This document shows, one piece after another, positions 13,480 to 26,665 of a DNA stretch of 64,000 bases (position 1 is the stretch's first letter; each line of letters begins with the position of its first letter). The position numbers were made by a program, and so were the translations under genes. The notes beneath the pieces were generated by a model. It was not told the DNA's origin. It did not search any database and saw only the letters and a list, made by a program, of their open reading frames with translations. The DNA comes from Phoronis australis (Eukaryota; Animalia; Phoronida): NCBI GenBank assembly GCA_002633005.1, contig NMRA01000417.1, forward strand, positions 343,183 through 407,182. Reading direction: 5' to 3'.

Positions 13480-14020
13480 CCAATGAGTCTTTACAAGTCG
13501 AAAATAATAAATATTATGTTGCTAAATGTTTAATTGGTGCTTTAGCTGAAGTCTAAGTCTATGCCTTCAACAGAGTTGTAGATTTGTACTCAAACTGCTA
13601 TAATGTTGCATGAATGTACTGCTAATTGATTATTTCAAAGTCTAAGTTTTGTTGCATCTTATTATTATTTGATTGCGTTAAGTGTTTTCACAAATTTTTA
13701 ATAAACGGATTTTACACAAATATGTGATTTTTTGAATGTGTTGATTTCGCCTTCCTGACAAATCTTTAAAAAATCTTAAGCTTACCGTTCCTGCCGCCTG
13801 CAAAGTTTGCCCAGTTCATTTAAAAATGCGTCGTTTTCTTGGTAATACTACATGTATTTTCCTGTAAACTTCTTTTGTTTCTCAAAACAACGTTTGGCTC
13901 GAGATCACATTTCTCTTGTCACGAACCACATTTTCATTTCCTAACAGGAGGCATTAGTAAGCACCTGTTCATAATGCATTTAAATAATTTCATCAAGGGG
14001 ATTCCTGTATTGCATAAACA

Positions 14021-14916
14021 GTTGCATATCACTAGAAATCGAAACGCAACTGCATACATACTAGTATATATAGCTAGAGCTTTGTTCCGATAGCTTAATT
14101 ATTTCAGTGGACCTAGGGTAAGTATCCGACCTAACACTAAAGTTTGATGGACCAAGTGAGGATCTCAGACCTATAGGATAGCTTGGTAGAACAAAGTTGT
14201 GGTCCCCAAGGTTATTTTGGTGGGACTGAGGTTGCGGTCCTCATTCAGGCAAACCATGAGTCCATGTAAGTAGGATTCACTAAGGTTAGTGTGGTGGAGG
14301 TGGCCGTTACCGTAAAGCTAATTTGGTGAACCCGGGAACGATGTTGTTAGAGCTCATCTTAGAGAAGGGCTACGTCCATAACACAAGACACTGCCACCAA
14401 GACTAGCTCACGCTAAAGGCAAGCACACACGTGGGATCTCCCGACAATATCATACTGTGTGCGCTGGGTTNACTTGCATATCACTAGAAATCGAAACGCA
14501 ACTACATACATATATATAGCTAGAGTTTTGTTCCGATAGCTTAATTATTTCAGTGGACCTAGGGTTAGTGTCCGACCTAACACTAAAGTTTGATGGACCA
14601 AGTGAGGATCTCAGACCTATAGGATAGCTTGGTAGAACAAAGTTGTGGTCCCCAAGGTTATTTTGGTGGGACTGAGGTTGCGGTCCTCATTCAGGCAAAC
14701 CATGAGTCCATGTAAGTAGGATTCACTAAGGTTAGTGTGGTGGAGGTGGCCGTTACCGTAAAGCTAGTTTGGTGAACCCGGGAACGATGTTGTTAGAGCT
14801 CATCTTAGAGAAGGGCTACGTCCATAACACAAGACACTGCCACCAAGACTAGCTCACGCTAAAGGCAAGCACACACGTGGGATCTCCCGACAATATCATA
14901 CTGTGTGCGCTGGGTT
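14021..14916. repeat. Near-identical ~450-bp tandem duplication split by a single N (probable assembly overlap)
   Basis: ttgcatatcactagaaatcg...gtgcgctgggtt occurs at ~14022-14470 and ~14474-14916, with an n at 14471. Confidence 0.85.
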
Positions 14917-15505
14917 TGTAGAATTCAGTCATTCAGCTGAGTCTATCGATATCCGCACTAGCAGCGATTTTTTAGGCTCCCAAGCTTACTCCCATACACT
15001 CGTGGCGTGGCTTTTTAGTAGTTTTACGTGAGGTCCACGTTGGAATGCACCATCGGTTTGTTTTCCTCATATGATCACTTAGGCGGATCTTTATATTTAC
15101 TTACAGTCATCAGGTGACGACACCGGCTCCTCCGGGAGTCGTATCACCAGAAACACTTAAACAACATGTCGTGCACAGCGACGACATTCCGTGAATTCGC
15201 TCAAAAATAGTTCAGTAAAGAAATTTTCATATTGAAATTGATTTGCACGAGTAAGGGAAGCAACAGAAATGAAACCCAGGATCAGTTGTCACTTATAGCT
15301 TTGATGCCCCATACAAAATAATGCCAATGCATTTTTCGACAAAAAATGCCCGCATGTGGTAACATGATGAGATAACTATGACCATAAATTTGTAATACAG
15401 TACGGTTTTGGAATGCCTTCGTGCGTGTGAGTGAGCGCGTGTACGTGCAGCCTTGTAACCAAGTCTCAAAATGGCGCTGATCGGCTTAGCCATTTGAGGC
15501 TTTGG

Positions 15506-18500
15506 TGGAGAAATTTACTGGTCAGAATTCTGACATAATTTTACGAAAATCGCTGGAATATCACGAGTAATATCAAGCTATTTCACAGCTGAAACTTGCT
15601 GTAGAATAATACAAAACTTCAAAAGGGGTTATATTATGCAGCAATTTAGTTTAAGATCATTGAAAAATCGATGTATTTGAATTAAAAAGCAGGATAATTT
15701 CTATGGCCGGTGCTTTCAATACAAAAGAATTGACAATAAGTACGGTAGCACTTATTATGTCATACAATAACGAAAACAGTATATTGTTTCCTAATCACGA
15801 ATCGTAGCAGCAACAACGCATGTGAAAATAGTTAGAATCTGCATGCGTTTGGATCTTATTTAGTTTCTGAAAAAAATAATCCAATTGATCACATCAAAGA
15901 AGTAAAGACGAGAATCTTCAAAAACTGGCTTTCACGTATTCAGAGATTCAAGTGCTTGAAGGTTTCTCGTGTCACTCTTGTTAGCGATAAACTTCGTCTA
16001 CGGCCAATCAGCGGGATATCTCCTCACCAAGCCTCAAATGCATAAACTAATCAGTGCCATCTTGACGCCCGTATAGGCGCACGTGCATGTGGCTAGTAAA
16101 TATAGAGTCACACACGAGTCTGAGGTTGATGACATGGGCAAACCTCTTGGAAATTTCGTCAAAATCCCTCTGCAAGCCTCAGGATTTTGACAAAATTTCC
16201 ACGAGGTTTTGTCCATGTCATAAATCTGTAGGATTCATGAACCGTAAAAACAATCTTTTTTGCTGAAAAACTCGACGTGTCTAAAACTTTCAACTTTTGT
16301 AAAAACACGCTTTCGCAATGTAAAGTAATTCAGTTACTTTTTGTTGATAGGTTTATTTTAAGCTTAACAATTGCAAATTGCATTCAGCTTTCGCAGCAAA
16401 TATTGAAGTTAGAATCTAAATAGTCTTTGAAGTTATAATACTAAAACTTAAAAAATACTTATAAATAACAGTCAGCAAGGCTTCCCTGCGTGTGAGCACT
16501 GAATTGACCGAGACAGCACAGCTAGTCAGTCTCACCGCGTTTCTTGAGTTGGAGCTCGTCTCCGTTTGAATGAACTTGGACATGGAAGTCGCCGCCGAAG
16601 ATGGACCGTTTAAGAAGTTGTTTGCATGTCTTTCCGACTGGGAGTACGTACAGTTGCGACACCCGTTTTGTCAATCACAACCTTGTCACCTTCTCGGAAT
16701 TCCGGCATTGTTTGGTTGGCGCGCATTTGGTTGTTTTAGTGTTTTGCAGGCGATAAATGTAAAGCGTATGGATTTCTACTTTGCACTACTTTGTGATTTG
16801 CCCATGTAATATCAAAAATTACGTACTCGGTGTTACTGCAGACGCAATCATTCATATTGCCTGTGTATATTAAGTATTGTTTCAAGTACCCCCCAGATTG
16901 TGAACTTGTCACGTGGTACTGACATTTAAAAGCGTTTTACCCGCCAGTTCCATTCATTCGTATTTCGTATTTCGTATCTGTGTGCAGTGTATGCATCTGG
17001 CATTGGTTTCATCGTCGAGATTGCAGGGTTTTCATGATGTAAGTAGTGTTCTTTTGCTTATCGTTATATTCTGGTTTGTGCAATGCATTCTCTCGTGTCC
17101 CGTGTAGTTTCAGTATTTTCGCTTTATTTACTTNNNNNNNNNNNNNNNNNNNNNNNNNNNNNNNNNNNNNNNNNNNNNNNNNNNNNNNNNNNNTGGAGAA
17201 ATTTACTGGTCAGAATTCTGACATAATTTTACGAAAATCGCTGGAATATCACGAGTAATATCAAGCTATTTCACAGCTGAAACTTGCTGTAGAATAATAC
17301 AAAACTTCAAAAGGGGTTATATTATGCAGCAATTTAGGTTAAGATCATTGAAAAATCGATGTATTTGAATTAAAAAGCAGGATAATTTCTATGGCCGGTG
17401 CTTTCAATACAAAAGAATTGACAATAAGTACGGTAGCACTTATTATGTCATACAATAACGAAAACAGTATATTCTGTTTCCTAATCACGAATCGTAGCAA
17501 CAACAACGCATGTGAAAATAGTTAAGAATCTGCATGCGTTTGGATCTTATTTAGTTTCTGAAAAAATAATCCAATTGATCACATCAAAGAAGTAAAGACG
17601 AGAATCTTCAAAAAATGGCATGCACGTATTCAGAGATTCAAGTGCTTGAAGGTTTCTCTTGTCGCTCTTGTTAGCGATAAACTTCGTCTAAGGCCAATCA
17701 GCGGGATATCTCCTCATCAAGCCTCAAATGCATAAACTGATCAGTGCCATCTTGAGGCCCGTATAGGCGCACGTGCATGTGGCTAGTAAATATAGAGTCA
17801 TACACGAGTCTGAGGTTGATGATATGGGCAAACCTCTTGGAAATTTCGTCACAATCCCTCTGCAAGCCTCAGGATTTTGACAAAATTTCCACGAGATTTT
17901 GCCCATGTCATAAATCTGTATGATTCATGAACCGTAAAAACAATATTTTTTGCTGAAAAACTCGACGTGTCTAAAACTTTCAACTTTTGTAAAAACACGC
18001 TTGCGCAATGTAAAGTAATTCAGTTACTTTTTGTTGATAGGTTTATTTTAAGCTTAACAATTGCAAATTGCATTCAGCTTTCGCAGCAAATATTGAAGTT
18101 AGAATCTAAATAGTCTTTGAAGTTGTAATATTAAAACTTAAAAAATACTTATAAATAACAGTCAGCAAAGCTTCCCTGCGTGTGAGCACTGAATTGACCG
18201 AGACAGCACAGCTAGACAGTCTCACCGCGTTTCTTGAGTTGGAGCTCGTCTCCGTTTGAATGAACTTGGACATGGAAGACGCCGCCGAAGATGGACCGTT
18301 TAAGAAGTTGTTTGCATGTCTTTCCGACTGGGAGTACGTACAGTTGCGACACCCGTTTTGTCAATCACAACCTTGTCACCTTCTCGGAATTCCGGCATTG
18401 TTTGGTTGGCGCGCGTTTGGTTGTTTTAGTGTTTTGCAGGCGATAAATGTAAAGCGTATGGATTTCTACTTTGCACTACTTTGTGATTTGCCCATGTAAT

Positions 18501-18525
18501 ATCAAAAATTACGTACTCGGTGTTA
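15506..18525. repeat. ~1.33-kb direct duplication (15506-16835 and 17194-18525) across an N gap
   Basis: Both copies begin tggagaaatttactggtcag and end gtactcggtgtta, with scattered substitutions. Gap at 17134-17193. The ORF track shows duplicated short ORFs. Confidence 0.85.
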
Positions 18526-19019
18526 TTAACTTCAATGATTCAAAAGATTTGTATATCAAGACAAAGAATATGGATCATTCAAAGTTGTTGTGAAGAATTT
18601 CGTTTGGCATTCATGCAAAATAATAAATATGTTAATTGGACTTTTGGTGCCGTTTGATACAGTTCTTCAGTAAAAATTCAAGTTGCAGTGACATTTACAA
18701 AAATGTGTTAAGTAATTACTGCAATTACTTATCCGAAATTTGCATATAAAGGCTGTCAAATAGATAAGAAATGAGCAAATATCTATTGTGTAGGTACTTT
18801 GGATAGATTTTTTTAATGTTTATTACGAAATCTTCAGAATGTAATGAATATACATAACCCAGAAAGCGCCAAGGGGCATTAGGTCTGGGTTAAAAAATAC
18901 AAAGAAGTCTATATACAATTATTATACACGAATACAAAATTAAAAAAGCTGATGTTAAGATTACAATGATATATGATTTCGAATGTAAATAATTCAGTTT
19001 CATACACATGTATACAATT

Positions 19020-19250
19020 TTATCCACTCACGCAGAGATTTAATGTTATCAAGAAATTCTGATACTATTTCGAATAAAACCTTATTTTCATTTGGGTTGA
19101 GTTCTTGACATCCGTATAGAAAAAAATTAATTTGTTGTAAATTTGCGGAATTTAAGAATATTTTTTGTAAACATTGGGGGTATTGTTCGAGTGTCTGGAA
19201 AAGCTGTACCCTCTGCTCCTTTAATACCTCACAAGCAAAGAAAAAAAATG
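19020..19250 (-). mobile_element. 3' end of a LINE ORF2 (CR1/L2-like C-terminus)
   Basis: FFFACEVLKEQRVQLF...INFFLYGCQELNPNENKVLFEIVSEFLDN fits the HFxxxC....R..L ... LLYG...L....N..IF..V..FI pattern of LINE ORF2 ends. Confidence 0.6.
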
Positions 19251-20250
19251 TCACGTGATAGTTTTATGACCAATGCAAGTAAAACGGCACCGACATTAAA
19301 ATATTGGTTACCATGGTAACACTGAAGCTGTTTTCGTGGAGATACATTTCATGCTTGTTAAAAACCAGCAGCGAAGCTTCCTCCACGAGAAAACTGAAAA
19401 TAATAACAAGGGCATGTAGAAGACTCCATGCTCTTGAAATTAATTCAATAAACCTTGTCAGCCCTTCATGCAGGCTTGGTAGTAGGTGTCTGAATTTCAT
19501 TTTCAGACCGCACATTTGTGTATTTGTCATGTTAAACCAGTCACTAGCTGTGCGCCGTTTGTACGCATTAAAATGCCGTGGTATAGTACAACAATTAATA
19601 GATTTGGTTTGCTTAAATGCTTTTAATTAATTTTAAGGACACAAGCAATTCCCACTAAAATATGAAATTATACTAGATTTGTTCATCTAACTCATTGAAT
19701 ACCAAACTAAAGCATACAATATGTGTTAGATGAATGATGGCTGATCCAAAGTCCAGGTTTGCGATTTTTTTCTGGCACTGCCATAGATAAGTATAGACGA
19801 GTATCTATGCTGCCAGTCGCATCAAATGTGGTATTTTTACAAATTGCCGCGAGAAACAACTTTGAAAACTCTTGGGAAATGCGCAAGTAACTTAGCAATA
19901 CATTTGAGAACCTTGAAAGTGAGGGGAGGTGATGTGAAGGAGATGATTTGTGCCTTCCTGAGTATTCTGTCCGCCTTGGAGGCGTGCGGCTGGAGCTAGA
20001 TAATCTAACGTAGTAGATTAATTGGCTCGAATTATCGATACAACCCTCGACATTTATTGGTGTCGCCAAAGACACTGAGTACATCCACTGTACACGAGAG
20101 GGGAAATCCGACAGTGATCTGAAAAATGACCAAAGACGTAAAATCAAGGGTCAACGTCCTGCTTTGTGTGAGCTCAGGTAGGAATCGCCAAACTCCAAGG
20201 TCTGACCCTGAGGAATATTTTTGGGAGCACGTCATTCAAGCATAAATCAG
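19251..20250. repeat. Interspersed repeat, copy A (~1 kb; copy B at 59460-60445)
   Basis: Colinear similarity with copy B, e.g. atggtaacactg...ccacgagaaaactgaaaataataac...actgagtacatccactg...ggagcacgtcattca. Confidence 0.8.
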
Positions 20251-22129
20251 TTTTGCTACGCACGTAGGACTGCAACAGGTACCCGAAATCACAGAACTGT
20301 TGTCCAGCGCTGTCATTCGGTTGTGGTCCTCGAATCTTTCTCTTTGGTTCTAATAACGATAAGACCCACTTATGTATGTTTACTAAACTGAAATTATGTT
20401 CCATTGACAGAAAATAGGTAGTCATCACAACTTTTCACAATCACCACCAAATTTGTTTAAACATTTTACATGACTTCTGCCCATGACCTACTTTTATAGA
20501 CTAGAGAGTATGTTATGTCCGTCTTTGAATTTCTTTGATTGAATATGAAATTAATTAAATATGCCAAAGCCGTCAAAATATTGTGTATTTCGCTAAAAAA
20601 TTACATTGATATTAAGTTCTGATTTTGCAACTAGTGAAGCTTACAAAGATTCATGGTTACCGGTAGGCTAAAAATGGAACGGAACTAAAAAAGTGGAACT
20701 GTTGTATCCCGAATGTGCTATTCACAGTTTTGCCCTGTCAATCATCGCTGAGATAGAAGACAGAGTCGATCATCAAAATGCACCCTCCTAAAATTGAAAT
20801 AAAAAGACAGAAAGTTCTAATATGACCCATGGGTCCCCCAAATTGGCCCGTTGACTTGAGGCCCTGCAGGTCAATTCATAAGATTCCGCGTTGTTTCATG
20901 CATGCTGAATTTGCAGTAGAGTTCAAAATTTACCTCATGGTTGCCAAAAAGTAGTGTATTTCTGAATTTTGGGGTAAAGTAACAAAAATAATCAGTGGCT
21001 GTTGTGAGGGTCCCACAATATTTATCGAGGATCTTGAACCTACCGTTTACATGTCATGCTTGTGCATGAAAGATAGTGTATGCTATGTATAAAATGGAGT
21101 ACAAAAACACATTTACAAAAGTCAGATGTTTGTTTGGAAACCTGTTTTGTTGAAATGGTTAACTTTTCGTGATCATCATGAATGTGGGCTCATGTGAAGT
21201 GCAGAATGGTAATTCTCAACTTTTGGGGTCATATCAGCTGCCATTTTATAGTTCTGTGTTATTTAAGATTATAAAAAGCCAGGATGGTAGTGAACGAGGG
21301 TGGGGAGATCTTGTACGATTGCATTGGGGATTTTAGACGGTCTTACTAGAAATTGCTTAGCAAGTACATAGTATACTGTGGGTGCCACTCAAGCAAACTA
21401 GAGTAACCACCTTTATTAAGGCTCTGTTGTTTTCATTTGGTTGATCCCTATAGCTTATGAACATGCAACAAAAGATATTTCCAACAGAGCTTTTGAATAT
21501 AACTATGAATTTTCATGGAAATGCGGAAGCTGCCACACAAAACAGGCTGACTTAATGAAATTTCAGGGTGGGTCAAAAGAAAGCGAGTTAGATTTGGAGC
21601 CCATGGATACTACAGTAACAGTAAGTACTTGTAAAAATAAATCTGTAACAAATTTCGTAATTGCATAAAATCGGTCAATGGTTTTATGTTTCAATGTTAT
21701 GAAGAGAAATATAAAGCACAACTCATGCATTTCATAATGAACACTGACACACGGTCAATGTAAATCGGTCTCAATATGTTCTACATGTAGTGTGCCATAC
21801 TTCAAGGCCCATTTCCATAAAAGTTATTCGCTGTATAGCAACAATGACGTCGCATTATCACGCGCCACGTTGTAATGGTTGAACATTGCACCTGATGTCA
21901 CGCAACAATCAAACTTATCCAGCGGATAATTTTGAAGTTTTATGCAACCCAGTCCACTCTTATACCTTTGTCCTACTGCAAGGTATATAGAAATTCATTT
22001 TGTAAATTTTTATAATCAAATATAAATGACTTATTTGTGATGCTTTCACTTTAGCTTGGTATTCCTATTTTCTGAGCCAAAATGAAAACATTAAACTTAG
22101 TATGCTTAATGTTTTCATTAATACAATTT

Positions 22130-22540
22130 AAGGAATCAGGAAAGGTTTATGCTGAAAAAGTGGCTTCTGCTGAAGTTGAAGACCTGCTGATTATTCGTAA
22201 AGTTTGGGTATGGAAAATCAGTGAGAATTTACCCTTAATCATGAAAAAATTCCTGCTGGACAAATAAGTGAGGGGGCTAGAGAGAGATGCCGAAAAGTCT
22301 ACTCCCAGAAGATGTATCAAACAGAATTTGTAACTTGAAGAACGAGTCGGGGAAAAGTATTTGCCAAAGATTACTGGCTTATGCCACAACAAGTCCAATG
22401 TTATTTGTTGAGATAGGCCACTCTCAGCAAATATGAGAAATTGGAACACTTGGATGTAGGAGATATGACAGAGGAAGTGGAGTATGCATTGGAAAGAGAC
22501 AATCTGCGCTTTACGATCGTCAAGGATGTAGAATTGTAAA
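22130..22540 (+). pseudogene. Relic of the C-terminus of a large invertebrate DNA-transposon protein (possibly Sola3-type)
   Basis: Across frameshifts: KFLLDK*VRG...PEDVSNRICNLKNESG / KVFAKDYWLMPQQVQCYLLR. This resembles a recalled motif, KxYLxxxFxxGExxGxK..P..VA..MR..R...G...F...EWLxxQQIxSYFSRL. The superfamily is an inference. Confidence 0.4.
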
Positions 22541-25500
22541 AAATCAGAGAGGAAACAGTACAGTGGCTGAACCTGTAAATACTCTAGCTGATCTGATAAA
22601 TCCAGTGATAGCATTATTATGTCAGCACAGCTCTAGGGAAGTAGGCTTGTGTGTTGTTGCAAGCTTTGTTTGCACCAGAACTGCTGTGCGAACAGCTCAA
22701 ATCTAAATTTACCTGGATTGAATTTTCGTCCAGTCACCGATCATGATCCTTGGCCAGTGGATTAAGTTGGTACAGTCACATGGTATTGGAACATTGTTCT
22801 TTTTGTTTAGCCACTGGATTTTTTAATCTAACAAGATTTCTGTGTAGCCACTACATTTAGACGTTTGTTTCGTGATATCTGACCACTGTACTGCTTCTTT
22901 TCCTTGAAATTGTGTAACTGATCTGAATTCATGTTTTCACATTTCATTTACCTTTATGGATATTTGTTTGTAAACGAGTTTTATTATTGAATTTGAGTTC
23001 TGTTACGGTTTGGCTGGTTTTGTTGACGTATCTGGGTTGTAAGTCCACATTCCGTACAGGAGGTAAAGTTTTGATTTAGACCATTTACCTCTGTAAACTT
23101 TTCTCAATTTGTTCCTTATCCAGATTGGAAGTGATTTCTGGAATTGCAGCGACAGTTTGCGATTCCTTGAAACCCTGTTGTGTGCATAAAATCACTCACT
23201 ATTAGACAAGCCATCTTATAGAGATGTCCACTTCAAATGATTTTTTTTGTTCCAGTACTGCAAAGTGTTGACACATTAGCTCTGGTGACTCCTTGGTTTT
23301 TGGTGAATTGACCATTTTATGGTTCCCATGAGTAATTTCGTAACTGGTCATTGATGTGATACATAATTCTCCGTACAAACAGCCACCTCAAGTTTGTGAA
23401 GAAGAAATGTAGTGTTGCCAGCGACATTGCGAAATCCCTTTTTCGCAGTGAGACTACATCACCTTAAATGTAATTCTCTGACTTCATGGGTTTTGTGTGG
23501 CTGATTCTGTCCTGTAGCAATTGGAGTTTTGAAAAGGTCTAGAAGGCATTTGTTTATTAGAGCCATAACATTTGCACTTTTGACTGTACAGTTATCTTTG
23601 TATTGTATTATGAAAACATTTTCTAGTATACAAGTCTTTTGGTGGTGTTTTATATGTTTTCACAAGGAATATTTTCAACTTACAACAGTTGTCTGTGTGG
23701 TAGACAACTTTAAAATGAGATAAGGAATAAAATTGTCCAACATTGTTTTATTTTTTAGGTGTGTGATCTTCCAGTACGTAATTACTTTTGAAAAAACCAG
23801 CGCAGAATTTTATCTTTACTCTTCATTTAAAGGAGAATAAATCTAGAAACCTGCATTGCCTAGAACTTTTATTCAAGCTACATATTACAGGGTTGGGAAT
23901 TGGAACTTTAATACAACGGAATCTGAACCCGTACTATGAGGAATACAACACAATACATGGATATAAAAATTTGGTGTTTAGGTTCCACGGAAAGGATTTG
24001 TGTGCGCGGTAAGAGTTACTTAGGTGCGTGATGAGCGTTTGTGGATACTTTGGGATTCCTCTTCCGTGGTCATCCACGGGAAACCTGGTCGCTTATAGAA
24101 CAATAGATTAGCATCTTCATTTTTCCCGTTGTTATAATATAGATATTGACAAGCATTCACCGGCAACGGTCTGATGTACGACCAAGGTTATATATCCATG
24201 TGACCTGTGTTGTTATATCCAACAATGACACAACAACAGAAAATAATGATACGACCGATGGGTAATATAGATGCGACGAGTTGCTATGGACAGTGGTGGA
24301 GTTTGTCTTGTCGTTCGAATACTTTTCAGAGAACTGCAAACTGGGTATTTCGGCAGGAAAACAAGACTTCTGCGGCCTATTGTTTTATGTCGTATAAAAA
24401 TTGTGGTCATGCCACTAAACTTATCATTCATTTGATATTACAATGCATTGCACAAGCATTTGATCAACAGAAAATCTGATTTGAATATGTGTGAAGAAAT
24501 ACCCATGGGGAAAATTACAAGGCATAACAACTATAAACCAAAATAACCAACATTGGTCAAGTTCATGTCTAACCCTGTTCACTGGGGAGGATATAATCAA
24601 TTTTTACAGAAATGGAGCCACGTATGGTATCTAGTTGTACTATAGTCCTAGGTGGTAAATAGTAAAACATTCAAAACTTTCAGGAGGAACAAACTCATTG
24701 CAAAATATCAAAGAAACATTAAAGAAACCTGATTTTACGTGCTGACCCAACGATCTCAGATATTTGAAAAGTTCTCATTTTAGTACATTTGAGGTGACAA
24801 AATGTATAACTAATAAACTGGCTGACAGAGTTTTTATTTTATGCAATGAAAGTAACATGTTTTGTCAACACTGTGGCCAAGTTTCATTCTCATAGCAGTG
24901 GGGGTACATTTGGTATACACGTAGCAGTCTATCAAACTGTCTTAACGGGGGTAGTGTAGTAAAACTACTAAATGAGGGTGGTAAATCGGTATGTCGTTTT
25001 TTCAAGACATCTGTGTAGCAATCTACTGGCGTCACTAAACAATGCTAAGGGAATGATAGTTCTATAGCTTCCATTCAAGGAAAATGTAAACAGTTAAATT
25101 TGGACAGCTGGCTTTTTAGCAGGAAAACATGGCTGCGAAGCGGTAAAGTGTGTTTGAGCCCATAACTTTGGTAAAAGTAATATTTGGGGTAAATATTTTA
25201 CCACTGTTTATAGATCTCATAGACTACCTATGTGTCAAATTTGGTGAAAATGGGCTGACCCCCACCTTGCCGCTGGATGGCTGGTGCTTTCGTGAACTAG
25301 TACTTGACCCGTATTGGCGAGAACATTATTTTTTAGAAATGGCTAGAAAATTGCTGAATCACCAGACTGGAAATAAAGGTTTTTTGAGTCCATTTGATTC
25401 TATGGGACTGTTGATGTAGAGTAAGAGGATGAGGGGTCCTGGTACGTTAGCCACAAGTATTCCAGAGTTGGCGTAGCCCGGCGAAGACTCCATCAATGCA

Positions 25501-26520
25501 GACTTTACATCTGGCGATATGAGAAGGTAGAAGTTAAGGAGTGCCAGAGATTGTAGCTTGTATAGGAGCAGTTCGATTGGATTGACATCGAAAGGTGACG
25601 CAATTTCTCAAAATGCACATCTCACGTTATCACCTTCCTTCGTAGGATGCTCTAATGGATCGCCTGCAGAATGGATACATGGAAGAACTGAAACCAATCG
25701 TGACAGAAGATGTTATTGTTCAAAGGACATCATGGGGAAGAACAGATTTCAATGCTTATATTCATGCAAAAGAAAGAGCTTTGCTGCACCGATCTTTATC
25801 TGTGCGACATACGGCATTGGTGCGTTCAGTCATAAACAATTAAATGGCTGGCTGAATATGAGACTCGCGATGATAATGATGTCGATTATGACGGAGATGA
25901 TGATGATGGTAATCAAAGACTTATCGGTTGCCTTAAGGATGGCAGATTTCTGTCATGAGGAGCACGTTCGTTCGGAAGTGACATCAATTTAACTGAGCCA
26001 TAGACTATTACAGACTTACGTGGACCGCAAACTGTGCTGGAAACCTGTAAACTTGCGCACAATCCGCAACACCCTAAGTAATTAGCGCGGCCTGCGTGTT
26101 TTACTTCGGGTATGTGTATCTGCTTACTATGAGTTGTATCGCGACGCCCCGGGGTTAGGGCTGAATTTTATTGCAGTTCTTAAACTAATGCCAAAAATGC
26201 TCACGAAAACCATAATTTTGATATTTAGGATGATCTTGAACGACTTTTCAATGCCGAAATGTTTCTAGGCATTAAAATACATAGCATTCCATACTTTTCA
26301 CCCAAATACACTGCCAGAAACTTGAGATTAGTTCTCGAAGTAAGTAGCGCTTTTGCTGGGAGTAATATACGAAAATGTGGGGTGTGTGAATTTGTTGCGA
26401 GATGGAACGTTCATGTTTGAACACTTGTATAGCATTGATTAAAACGGAAAAGTTCAGGTTCGTCGTCCAATCCAATCTAGACATGAACATATATGTTATA
26501 TTACGTACGTGATGATAAGT

Positions 26521-26665
26521 ATAGATTATTTCATGGCGAACTCGTCATCCCCCGTTATCTAGAACCCGAGTGGATTTTGGAGACTTATTATTGGTGATAA
26601 TTCTACAAAATCCACGAGGGCTCTAGATATGGGGGATAACGACTGAGAACATGTAATAATCTGTT
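26521..26665. repeat. Imperfect palindrome / hairpin element
   Basis: agattatt..cgtcatcccc..tctagaacccgagtggatttt ... aaaatccacgagggctctaga..ggggataacg..aataatct. Confidence 0.7.

Noticed and set aside
14021-14916. 450-bp tandem duplication as a biological event
   Set aside because: The copies meet at a single N and are nearly identical, typical of unmerged contig overlap.
15506-18525. 1.33-kb direct repeats as the LTR pair of a retroelement
   Set aside because: The second copy starts exactly at an N gap, there are no TG...CA ends or internal gag/pol, and a haplotype or assembly duplication explains it more simply.
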